Shown in pieces: positions 53,512 to 64,000 of a DNA stretch of 64,000 bases. Source of the stretch: Polymyxa betae A26-41. Taxonomy: Eukaryota; Protista; Endomyxa: Phytomyxea. The notes beneath the pieces were generated by a model. That model worked only from the letters and a program-made list of their open reading frames with translations. It was not told the DNA's origin and made no database searches. The stretch lies in assembly GCA_003693705.1 (NCBI GenBank), contig RBZT01000424.1:52090-116089 (forward strand). The letters are read 5' to 3'. Position 1 is the first letter of the stretch; every line of letters starts with the position of its first letter. The translations under genes were made by a program, and so were the position numbers.

Positions 53512-54229
53512 ATGATCTCTACTGTTCGTCAATGTTTTCAGCAGTGTCTTGATGGAATCGAATTTGCTCGGCAAGGCAGATCGACCGAGTCAGCAATGGC
53601 TTTTCATGATGCAATTGAAACATATCCAGGCTCTGTATCAGCACATTTGTGTCTGGCAATGTATCTTCAGGCAAGTAAACAATATCAACAGGCTATGAAT
53701 CAGTTCGATATCGCTATTCAACTAGCTTTACATCATTCCTTCATGAGCTCCAGATTGTTTCATTGTCGGGCTATTTTGCATCAGGAAATGTCGAATACCA
53801 GCACTGCAATTTCTGACCTCGATCTTGCCATTCAGTATGATTCTTGTTTCCCAGAAGCGATGCTTCTTCGTGGAAAGTTGCTGCTAGAATCGAGGGACTA
53901 CTTGGCAGCAATCAATGATTTCGAAGGTATTTAGAGACTCTTATCAGATTAAGTTTAGTCAAAAGATTTTCAATTTTGTTGCATTTTTTGAGAAAGCACA
54001 ATAGTAATTTTTGTTAAAAGCTGTGCTACAAATCGATGCGAATATGAAAGGCGCTACCGCTGCCAGGGCTGAAGCGTTGGACAAACTACAACGTCAACAA
54101 ACTTGTGCTGATCATTGCCAGTCGCTGCTTCAACGACATTTGACTGAGTTCCCAACAAGGAGAAAGCAACAGAGAAAAATCGGAAGACATAGCGTCAAAA
54201 GACGTCCATTTTCTCCAAAAAACTGTTGA
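53512..54229 (+). CDS. Tetratricopeptide-repeat protein (true start may lie further upstream)
   Basis: TPR patterns AHLCLAMYLQASKQYQQAMNQFDIAI, AISDLDLAIQYD, AMLLRGKL...AINDF. Confidence 0.75.
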
Positions 54230-54574
54230 TGCAAAAAATTTGGTCGACTGGTTTCCATTCACTCAACAATTTATACAAACTTCGATTGTGGACCAGAACA
54301 AGAGTGAGAAACGGTCATTCACTGACCTAGCTAGAAATGCTTGCAGCTCTACTGTAGTTATTGTTTTGGAGTGCAAACGTAGCTTGTCTGCGAGAATAAA
54401 CCTTCTATTTCAAAACTTTTCGTATGGTGAATGATATTTGAGATGCAATCCACCTTCGTGTAAGGAGCTTTAGCAAAGTGTGCAAGCCAGCAACGTCAAT
54501 TACATAGCTAACGACACTTAACTTACATTCGTTTCTGTAAACGTCATAGACAGATGCTCTCAAATATTATATTG

Positions 54575-56293
54575 TTATAGAGGAGTTAAAACCGTATCTA
54601 CATAGATCCTTATTCGTGATTTCAGTATGGATATTTCTTCGTGCATTGTGTTAAACTCTGACTTCAGCCGATCCTATTCAATAATTTACTGAGTATTCAG
54701 ATAAAAAGGCTTTACAGCAACGAACCACTTCAGGTTTCATCTGAGCATACAACTCTTTGACTTGCTGCTGAATCTTTCTTCTTTCCGCTGGAGGACATTG
54801 TGGTGAATCTAGTTTAACGGCCATAGAGCTGAATTCGGCTGCAATTCCTTTCAACCTAATATCGATGGCAGAGTATCGCGGGTACATCTGCTCAAATCGA
54901 GATCTGCATGATAGATACTCCTCATGAGTTTCGATTGGTGGGAGGTCAGTATCCCTAAGTATGTTAATTGTGACATTCGGAGCAGAGAAACCAGCTTACT
55001 CTCTTGCAGACGAATTTGGATTAGGCGGAGGTCTCTTAGAGTTTGATTCAGAGACTTGAGGTAGGAGCATTTTGGAATTCGATTCAGACGGTTGCGAAGA
55101 AGGCCTTTTATGATCGATTTCAGAAGATTCTGGTGATGATCCTTTCGGAGCAACATCAGGAGGAGGCTTCTTTGATGAAGTCTTTCCCGATTTTGTACAG
55201 GAATCAGGCAGACCGTCGTCGTCGATAGAGAGTGATGCTAATTCCAGGGTTCCTTCTTGCAAACGAACTTCGTTGTTTTTAGGAATCGTTGACTCAATAT
55301 TTTTTAATACCAAGTTTTTCTCTGTATCAGAGTATGGCCAGGCATCAATCCGAACGGTCGCTAATAAATCCTCGTGAAGACGATATTTTCCAGGAACTTC
55401 ATACTGAGCAATCTGATTTAAACTTAATTTTCAAGAAGAAGCCAGTCAAAGGAACCAATTCAATACAGCTTTCAGTATAGTAGCAAGATTTTTTGTGGGT
55501 TGAGTTAGACGACGGCCGATACCAGCTGCAGACATTGGTTGAATGGCCAATAAATGCAGCACTTGATCTCGTAAAGATAATGAGGAATTAATTTTGGATT
55601 TAGTTGATGGCGCTTGTGTAGTTTGCCTCTCTGGTGATGTTGGTTTGGGATCAACAGGCGAACGGCTTACAGGTCTTCGTGGTGTCGAACTAGAAATAAT
55701 AATTACACCAATTGAAATTTTCAGATTAGAAAAATAACCAACTTGTTTGAAGCCGCAGGTCTTTTTGCAACTGAGCTGGATATGCTAGAATCTCGTGGTC
55801 TCTTCGCCCTTTGCTGCGAAAAAAGTTAGTGTTAAAAAAAAAATCAACAAAATTACAGAGGAATTTGAAGTTTGCTTGGGAGCTAGTGGATTCGACTGAG
55901 CCGAACTTGAATCAGAGATTCTTGGAGTAGAGCTAGGAGCATTCTTGGTATTAACTTCTCTCTGAACAATAAGCTTATGCTCAAGATTGCCAACTTGAAC
56001 GAGACGGTTTGATCGAAGAGAATAAACTTCACAAAGCTGATGGCATTGTCATGAGAGAAAATAGAAGTGAATAGCTATAGATTACTGACAGAGGGATCCT
56101 CCACGAATGCTTGAAGAGAATGTCTCGCATCGTCGATGTTAAGTGTTCGATCCTTTATGCAGAATGATATCTTCGGAGATGGTGTTTGGCTCAGTTGGGA
56201 GATAATCTGAGGTGTCAAACGAATAGTCATGCAAGGGACTGCTCTTTGCTTGGAGGTTGGATTCTGGCAGGATACCAAAGGATGTCTGTTCAT
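54575..56293 (-). CDS. RNA polymerase II elongation factor ELL-like (occludin/ELL C-terminal domain)
   Basis: SLRDQVLHLLAIQP winged-helix-like segment; C-terminal FEQMYPRYSAI...EFNTMHEEISILKSRIRIY typical of the occludin_ELL domain. Confidence 0.75.
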
Positions 56294-56962
56294 GGTGGCA
56301 AAGGGATGCAGAAAAAGAATTGCAATGAGAAATAACGATTATCTGAGATAGGTTAAATGACCAGTTTGGTTGAGTTCTTGCGGTTCAGGTTGTTAAAATA
56401 TCAATACTGTAAAGCATTAGATAACTCAGACAGATTAGACAAACAAGAACTGAACTTCCGAGGCTGCCTGACGGACTGCGCCAATTGAAAAAAGGTTTTT
56501 CTTAGCACAGTTTGTTACAGAGCATGCTGATACAGAGTAAACAATTTCGGTACTAGTTTTACACGTTATAAAAACGCAGGCCATTCTCTAAAGCGTACGG
56601 TTTTTCACTTTGCGAATCACAAAAAACATGGGCATGATTGCGACGTAGCTTGATACAGGCTGGGAAATACATTTCACTTATGAAAATAAATAGATATTTG
56701 ATTGTTATGCCAGGACTGGGTTGTCTCACTCTATAACAGAAAGTAGTTATACCTATAATACCTATATGATATTTACTACTGTATTTAACTAAAATAAGTG
56801 ATATCGGAAACTGCGTCATTTCTTCGTCTAGGTAGACCGCACCAGTTTTCATATTGTTATATCTTGGGGTGTTCATTACATCTCAACTGATATTCTGTTA
56901 ACTGATCTTGCCTATTACGTCACAAGCAGTGTGGATGCTACCATTCGCTGTCAGCTGAAATC

Positions 56963-59900
56963 ATGTCGACCGCGTTCAGTTTCATGCCGTCTTCGCCGTC
57001 GCTGTCTCCTTCCCCAAGAGAATCTTGGCGGTCTAGCAGGTGCTGTATGCATATATATATACATGGATAATATCTTAGTATAATCTAGGAGCTTATCGGC
57101 CGCAAGGCGCATGAATCCTTCCAAGTTCATTGGCTGGAGACCTCGCCGTCGTCCAAGCCGGTCTAGATCTCATTCTAGGTCTCCTAATCGATGGAATAAC
57201 AACGGCTGGAGTAACAAGCGGCATCCTAATGGTATTTTCTGTTTATTATATGATTCAATACTCCATTGACGACTTTTAAAATTTGATTCTCCTAGTAATT
57301 TTGGACATACTGCTAAACCCTGTCGTCTGATGTTGTTATAGGTAGATGCAGTAACAACCGAAATAACATCCGAAATTCGCCGCTCAATGGAACAGCTGGA
57401 CCAGGTCGTGATTCTTGGTCCTCTGACGGGAAATCCAACAGATTAACTGGTGCCCTTCCACCTCAGTCTGAGCTGTTTGCACAAGATATTCAGCAGAGGC
57501 AGAGACCAGTAAATCTCGACAGAAGTTTCAATAGGTTTTCTGCTTGTAACCTCTCGATTCCACGATCTGATATTGTACTGATCAGGAATCGTCGAGTTTC
57601 ACGAGCGTCTAGGAGACGCTCTAGATCTCCCATGACTCGCTATAGAGCTCATGATAAACATCGTCATCCACGACTACAGAGTCCACAATGTCTGCCGACA
57701 CGTGAGATCCAACAACAGTCTATCGCTGCAATTACTGCTCATGCTGAGCGACCGCAGGAGAGCACAGAGTTTCTGGGAGTGCCGAACATTGTAAGCTTCC
57801 ATTTGCGTACTATTGCTCTATGAACAATCCTCTTTCTATCAGGATGTCCCTAGTAAGGACGTTAGATCTCCAGAAAATTGCTATGCTTTGATACGAAACC
57901 TGCCTGCAAATTTGGACTGGGACCATGTGTTGCAGATGTTTTCTCGTTTTCATGCGACTGAGGTGACAATACAGTGCTGACAACTCCTCCATTTTGATTC
58001 TCAAGAATAGGTTTGTTATGCCTGTGATGGCTGGCGAGTAACATTTTCGGATTTCATAAACCGAGATGCTGCTGTTCGTGAAATGAATGGCTCCGAATGG
58101 CAATCGCGTTATATTTTTGTTACGCCTTGGGCTGCTCCAGTTCATTCTAAAGATGATTGCATTGATGAACAGATTCCTGATGATCAGGAGCTTTCTGTCT
58201 CTGATAACTGTATCGGTTTTATCTTCGAAGCTCTTCTTCAGACTTCTGTTGAGCAGGCATGGCGCGACATTATTGAAGCGCCTGTCTTCAGATATTTGGA
58301 AGAATGGTCAGGGAAACCTCGTTCGTCACCGCAAGCTGCTGCTGCAGCTGCTGAGCGTTGCGATGAAATCAGTCTGTCCAATCATGATGACGCTGATAAC
58401 TTTTTCAATATCCCTTATCGGGATGCTTCATCAACTTACAACCGCATGCATTCAACAGCCGGTCCAGAACTATGCAGTACGCATTCCGATTCAAAAGCCT
58501 GTGGCTTTTTAAGTGCTGATCTGACGACCGATGCCATTCCATCTATTGCCCATGTTGATCTAGATACCAACCAATCGATGCCTAGTGCTCAGAATAATCT
58601 CGGAGAGCTAACCACTGCTGCTGAATCATTTATGAAGGATGTTTCGTATTTTCCTACCAAGTCGGAGTTACTAACTGAGCATTCATCTGCCACCCCTGGC
58701 GGCTTATTAACGGATACCGAGTTATCATCAAATCACCTTAGCACGACAACTGACTCGACTAGTGTTGCTGAATTGACGGCTGTTGCCGGTGAGTCCATCC
58801 AGTTTCCAACAGGGGATTCTTCATCTGCGAAAAGCGCCCCGGTGAAGAATAAGCGGGGACGTCCTCCAGGATCGAAATCTAATCACTCGGCAAAAACTGA
58901 TCCAAGCAAAAGGACATCAATCAAATGTGGTAACCCTATATGCTTGTTTTGTGGAGCGGATGACGATCAAGACCAAATAGCGAAATGCTGGAGCAACAGC
59001 TGTCATTCGGCTCTTCACATTTATTGCATGGCTCCTCCATTGAGAAGAGTTCCGAGGCAATGGGCGTGCGATAACCACGTTATCCCCGACTCATCATCTG
59101 CTGCTGCCAACTTCGACGAGGACGAGGACGAAGAATACGAGTATGAGGCTAGAGAGTGGCGCCCATCTGGCAGATTACGAGAGCGTACGTTTTGAGCTAT
59201 CGATTGGTCGACTTCAAGAGAGTGATCGAATGGATTGCTGCAGAACCCGAGGTGCGCCTAAATAACTCTCCTTCTCACAACGTCGTTGGGTCCAACTCTG
59301 TTCCAGCCCATCAGTATGGATGTGCAAGGACGGCTGGAATATCTCTTCACCTGATGCATAAGCAATCGCGGTCGACATCGTTGCGTTCGACCTTGCTTCA
59401 TGCTGACTCTTCCTCAAATTCCAGGAGAGGCAACCGCGCTGATCGCAGACGTTTAAGTGCAGGTCAGATCTTTGTCACAATCGATTTCTAGATGCTGATT
59501 GGTTGTAGCAATATCATCATCAGCTATTCCGCCTCTGCAGTTGAATTCTCTTGTTTCGCGGGATAAAAATCTCCAGTTATTTAGGTCAGGTATTCACGCT
59601 TGGGGTGTTAGAACATGTGAACCTCTCTATGACGGGGACCTCGTCATTGAGTATATTGGAGAATGCATTTCCGCCTGTGTCGCCGATGTTCGCGAAAAAC
59701 GATATGAACGTGTTGGAATTGGATCATCATACTTTTTCAAGATAGATGACGACTTGATCATCGATGCAACTAAGAAGGTTTGAGTGGATATTAAATGTTG
59801 TCATATTTAGGCTTATTGTTGTCAGGGAAATCTAGCTCGTTATATTAATCATTCCTGCACGCCCAACTGCAAGGCAAAAGTCGTCACGGTCGGTAATACA

Positions 59901-60041
59901 CGAAGGATAGCAATCTACGCGAAACAATTCATTCCTGCTGGGGAAGAGCTCTGCTATGATTACAAATTTTCAAGTGAACCTGAGGAAGATAAAATACCAT
60001 GTTGGTGCGGAACCAAAAGATGTCGAGGATTTTTAAATTAA
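56963..60041 (+). CDS. SET1-type histone H3K4 methyltransferase with RS-rich N-terminus, AT-hook, PHD, Win motif, SET and post-SET
   Basis: GCART Win motif; RSGIHAWG...VIEYIGE...[19 protein letters not shown]; [12 protein letters not shown]; [10 protein letters not shown]; [13 protein letters not shown]. Confidence 0.88.
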
Positions 60042-60104
60042 AATTCCGCCATACATGCACGTTTGATACTATTATTGTGCAAATTTGTTTGCAGTGACTT
60101 AGAT

Positions 60105-60675
60105 TTATAGCTTTTTGCCTTTCCAAGCTTCATATGCGCGGGGTTGATCTGGGGTTCGGTTAAGATAATGTCCAGGTGGGTAATATGCTTCGGCGGTGAA
60201 TGTTTTGTTATCTTCATATGGAAGTTCCCAATCGTTATGCTTTAGCTTCGCCTGTAAATATGACGGTATCAAATTCATGAGTATTTGCATGTGCACCGGA
60301 GCACAAACCTCATCTGGAGTCTTATCAGTCATGTAGTGGAGCCTAACAGCATCAATGAGATCAGTTTAGCGATTTCATTAAACTACATACCATGGATGCC
60401 AATCAGGAGTCACCTACACAGCAGAAGAACTTAGCCAATCGAATGAATATGCAGCAAACAAAAGTTACCTGGCTAGCATCGTAATAGTATGGATTAGCAT
60501 ATTTGACCCAACGTGTTCGTCCAGGTTGCTCATGCAGAGATTCGTAGTAGCGGTTGCCATTGACATCCTGACCTTTGAAAACACCGACTTTGAATTCATT
60601 GGTCATTCGTAATGTCTGAAAAGCCTGTTTTAGACCAACTCGACGAATGTACTGTATGAGAGGACTGATAGCCAT
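60105..60675 (-). CDS. NDUFA12: NADH dehydrogenase (ubiquinone) 1 alpha subcomplex subunit 12
   Basis: GVFKGQDVNGNRYYE...GRTRWVKY...DASQV.PDWHPW LHYMTDKTP...YEAW. Confidence 0.9.
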
Positions 60676-60873
60676 ACTACTTAGAAGATATGATAGACAA
60701 TGGTGTGTGTTGATCTCTGTTGATATTACAGAATACAGAGTACTCGCGATACTACGGGTTTATGTTAGCATCACTCATGTATACTGCATGTTACTTTACT
60801 ACCACTTACTAACATGTTTATTATACTATTCAGTATCATACATAGATCCATGTCTCTTCACTTCAATATATTC

Positions 60874-61992
60874 TCATGATTCGGGAATTACTGCCACATT
60901 CTGCTTAGGTTCAATAACGATCACAGGCCTTTGCTGCACGAGGCGACCGTTGCTATCACAAACAGCTTTATAATCGATCAACGAAAGAACTTGTTTCCGA
61001 CGAAAGAACAACCGATAGTTCTGACAGCAAGTCCTTGGAGGGTCATATAGTGAGTTCATATCAATACCCTTTACATGTTCAGCAGTTGTTCTTCCAGTAG
61101 CAATCAGCCATGCATGATACAATGCTAATGGAATCAATGCCCATAACAGTAGGAATATCAATATCACATTGGAACATGCTACAATCCCTTTCCTGTTTTC
61201 ATCAATCAATCAGTTTTCATTCAGAAAGACAAGGAACCAATTTTACGTTGTATCATTGTCACCCCATTTGTTAAATAATCTGATACATGTTAATAGCCCT
61301 GAGAGGAAGTAGTAAACCCCATATGCAGCTTTACAAAGGTTCTGTTATCAGTGAATTGATAAGAGGTTCAGGGATTTATTACCTGAAAGCCACACAAACA
61401 GTATATAATACTGGTAATTTCTGAGTCCAATACAGTTGGATATCCCTGAATACAGATCAGATATATGTTCTAATCTCGCATAATAGAAGTAATAGTTACA
61501 TGGACAGTAATGATCCATCTCCAGAACACAACAATCAATTTCTTTGCAATGTCGTGCTCGAACTGGCTTCCAGTGCAGGCATGTATAACACCAATGTAAT
61601 GAAATCTGATGATTTCCAATCTGAATCAGTGGAGCTGTAGATATCACTGAGTTCTGTGTTCGTGCTGATCTCGGAATGATTCCTGGATCCGTTAGACTAG
61701 CTCGTAGCAACACAAATGCCTGTATTATTACAAAAATAATATTGCAGATGATTTGCCATGTGGACCAATCATCAGTCCAGGCAGACATTATTGGTATGAC
61801 TATTACTAACAGAAATGATAGAATAAGCATTTGTGGATCTGGACCTATTAGACACCGACCTGGATATCATTCGGTATAATATTGTTCAAGGATGAATATG
61901 CCTGTAATACCTGCACAAACAAGTCGATTACGACCAGGCCAAGCGTAGAGAAGTATAGAATGTGTTGTGTTCCGATCATCTTCAAGATCCAT
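60874..61992 (-). CDS. DHHC-type S-palmitoyltransferase (ERF2/ZDHHC9-14-18-like; DHYC variant)
   Basis: WPGRNRLVCAG, TDPGIIPR, WCYTCLHWKPVRARHCKEIDCCVLEMDHYCP, NCIGLRNY, TTAE. Confidence 0.9.
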
Positions 61993-62317
61993 TCACTTTC
62001 CAGTTAACAATCATGTACAGGTAATGTTTTTTCTGTAACTACAGCTTGGTCATCAGTAATTTCGGGTACTTATCGCTCTCAATCTCAGGGACAAGACATT
62101 TGCGAATTGAAATGCAAATCGACATTGGTATGAGAAATATTAGTGCTGATGTAATAGTGTACAGATGTAATAGAGTAAAGAAATTAGATAAGAGCAACTC
62201 CACCGCTGGGAGCTAAAGCTATTAATGCGGATTTTTGCGCGGAGATTTTTAGCTCTGGCGATTAGTTCACCGCGTTGAAAAAGCTATGCTGCTGCACTGC
62301 ATCTATACAATTTCGAT

Positions 62318-63326
62318 ATGACGTTTTTTGAAGACGTAATGTTCCGCGCCCGTCAGCAGGCTATGATGGACGATGATATAGAGGAATTCCTTCTCACTGA
62401 TTGTGACGCGAAGTTTTTATTTTTACTTTTAATTGTTTATTCTGCTACTGATATATGAGGTTTCCCCTAACCTCTCTGCGGACACCGCAACCGCTTCTCC
62501 TTTCTAATAATACAACTAGAGTTCTTTGTCTCTCTCTCAAAACGTATCTATTTCGTCTCTCTTTCATCTCTCTTTGTAATTGGTTTTCCGACCCCTGGTC
62601 GTCTTACTGATCTAAAATCTAGCGACAGCGAAGAGGAGCCTAACTTCGGCGGATCTGTTATTGAACGAGCTCCCAATAAGGACCGTGATTTCGCTGAGGG
62701 TCATCGGCGTATTTATATGGATTACTTCGCTGAACGACCTGTTTATGGTGCAAGACTCTTTCGTCGTTGTCTTCGAATGCGTCGAGCCTTGTTTCTGCGA
62801 ATAACGGCTGGAATACGAGAGTACGATGATTACTTTCAGAGAAAGAAGAACGCTTTTTGGGAACCTGGACTGTCAACATTACAAAAAGCTGTAGCGGCGA
62901 TGCTAATTCTAGCGTATGGATGCGCCTACGACGCTGTTGATGAAAATGTCAGAATCGTGGAATCTACAGCTAGCGAATGCCTGGCCCGGTTCTGTAAAGC
63001 ATTTATTAAAAAAATCGGCGACGAGTACCTTCGTTCCCTGACTGTCGAAGACCTCCAAAGAATAATGCAGGAAAACGTTAAGCGGGGATTTCCAGACATG
63101 GTTGGATAGACTGACTGCTATAACTGGAAATGGAAGAACTGACCGAGAGCTTGGCAAGGATCATACCGAGGCATCAGAGGAACTTGCATTGTTCTCGAGG
63201 CCGCTGTGTCCTATGACCTTTGGTTTGGGCATGCCTTTTTCGGTATGCCAGGATTTTGAGCGACATCAATGTTCTGCAGCGGTCTCCATTGCTGCATTCT
63301 TTGTTGGATGGTGTATCAGATATTAG
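62318..63326 (+). pseudogene. Degenerate Harbinger/'plant transposon protein' DDE transposase
   Basis: DYFAERPVY..LFRRCLRM, LAYG, FCKA..EYLR, RGFPDMVG*TDCYNWKWKN*PRAWQG, LEAAVSYDLWFGHAFFGMPG, then a frameshift to DINVLQRSPL. Two in-frame stops, one frameshift, a 205-bp insertion, and truncation. Confidence 0.88.
62402..62606. mobile_element. Probable solo LTR inserted in the transposase
   Basis: Flanked by a CTGAT direct repeat (62397-62401 and 62607-62611). Ends TGTGACG...CGTCTTA form an imperfect inverted pair. Contains a CT-rich tract. Removing it restores the transposase frame. Confidence 0.75.
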
Positions 63327-63677
63327 AGGTTCTCAAAAAACCTCCGTACGCAGTATGGTGCATATTATCTGATTCTATAAAATGCTAAGACCAGTATAAT
63401 TACTAACAGTCTGGACTGTGTAGTGGGCGGTTCCGGAAAGTCAAAGATTTCTTAACTAAAATTTAGGTTTAGTATTCTGAGCTCGTCACACAGTGGCAGA
63501 TTTTTAGTCTTTTGAACTAAACGCCTTGATTTAGATCACGATGCGGCCTCCTGATTCAAACCTAAATTTAGTTTTCTAATTATATTCTGCTGTTTTTTGG
63601 GAATTTTTTCAAGTAAAATGAATATTCAACGTTCTGATTTTTATTCTGCGAGTTTTGGAAACACGAACGAGGCATCC

Positions 63678-63948
63678 TGTTGAAGGTGTGGCATATATAC
63701 AGTCTGGATCTGGTTGATGCCCAGCAACCTAGCACGAAGTGTCAAGACAAGGGAGAGGAGGAATACGACGATACAAGACTAATCGAGTATTGAATGAGAG
63801 AAGGGAAAACAACAGGAAGACATTGCACCGGAGGTGCGTGGCGGACTAAATTATGTATGGACTAAATTATGTTATGTTATGTCACTGTCAGTATTATGTG
63901 ATGGACTAAATTATGTTATGTTATGTCACTGTCAGTCAAGACATGACA
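63678..63948 (-). mobile_element. Probable LTR (3' LTR of a minus-strand retrotransposon continuing beyond the window)
   Basis: TG...CA termini. On the minus strand a purine-rich GGGGACAA directly precedes TGTCATG (PPT-like). Has internal tandem repeats and a pyrimidine tract. Confidence 0.5.
63843..63936. repeat. Tandem/direct repeat: two exact 36-bp copies plus a partial third
   Basis: ATGGACTAAATTATGTTATGTTATGTCACTGTCAGT at 63857-63892 and 63901-63936; GGACTAAATTATGT at 63843. Confidence 0.9.
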
Positions 63949-64000
63949 TTGTCCCCGACCGAATCGGAGAACATCTCTGGATGTTGACGTTTACGCCAGT

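Larger units (their letters stand above)
62192..63326 (+). mobile_element. PIF/Harbinger-superfamily DNA transposon, left part (3'-truncated)
   Basis: TAA (62189-62191) followed by the Tourist/PIF-like terminus GAGCAACTCCA, then the transposase. No matching right end was found in the window. Confidence 0.8.

Noticed and set aside
63107-63142. In-frame TAG/TGA in the transposase as recoding or an alternative genetic code
   Set aside because: A frameshift, an insertion and truncation indicate a pseudogene. Host genes use TAA, TAG and TGA as normal stops.
63843-63936. CRISPR-like 36-bp repeats
   Set aside because: Only two copies with an 8-bp gap, in a eukaryotic TE context.

Overview
Gene-dense, intron-rich eukaryotic chromosome segment. 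It holds about 34 protein-coding genes with mostly ~45-55 bp GT-AG introns and very short intergenic spacers. Flagellar genes (BBS2, DRC1) plus this architecture point to a compact flagellated protist; a phytomyxid/plasmodiophorid rhizarian is my guess, by inference only. Recognisable genes: a DusA-like synthase (partial), PCNA, a kinesin-7-like motor, RRP41, EMC5, a DBP2/DDX5 helicase, RPB12, LSM5, BBS2, POLE, an acyl-protein thioesterase, DRC1, PEN-2, a TLDc protein, EXO70, ASA1/GNB1L, ELL, a SET1-type methyltransferase, NDUFA12 and a DHHC palmitoyltransferase. The last 1.8 kb is a nested TE cluster: a dead PIF/Harbinger element interrupted by a solo LTR, then a second probable LTR. Most notable observations: (1) RNA polymerase subunit RPB12 is spliced in frame behind four tandem ubiquitin-like domains; (2) the DBP2-type helicase has ten GW/GWG (Argonaute-hook-like) motifs on its two tails; (3) there is a possible highly divergent FANCA; (4) the SET1 carries an AT-hook and a PHD finger; (5) multi-kb GATC/ApT-rich compositional islands alternate with ordinary sequence. 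Exon boundaries were inferred by eye, and CDS spans include introns.
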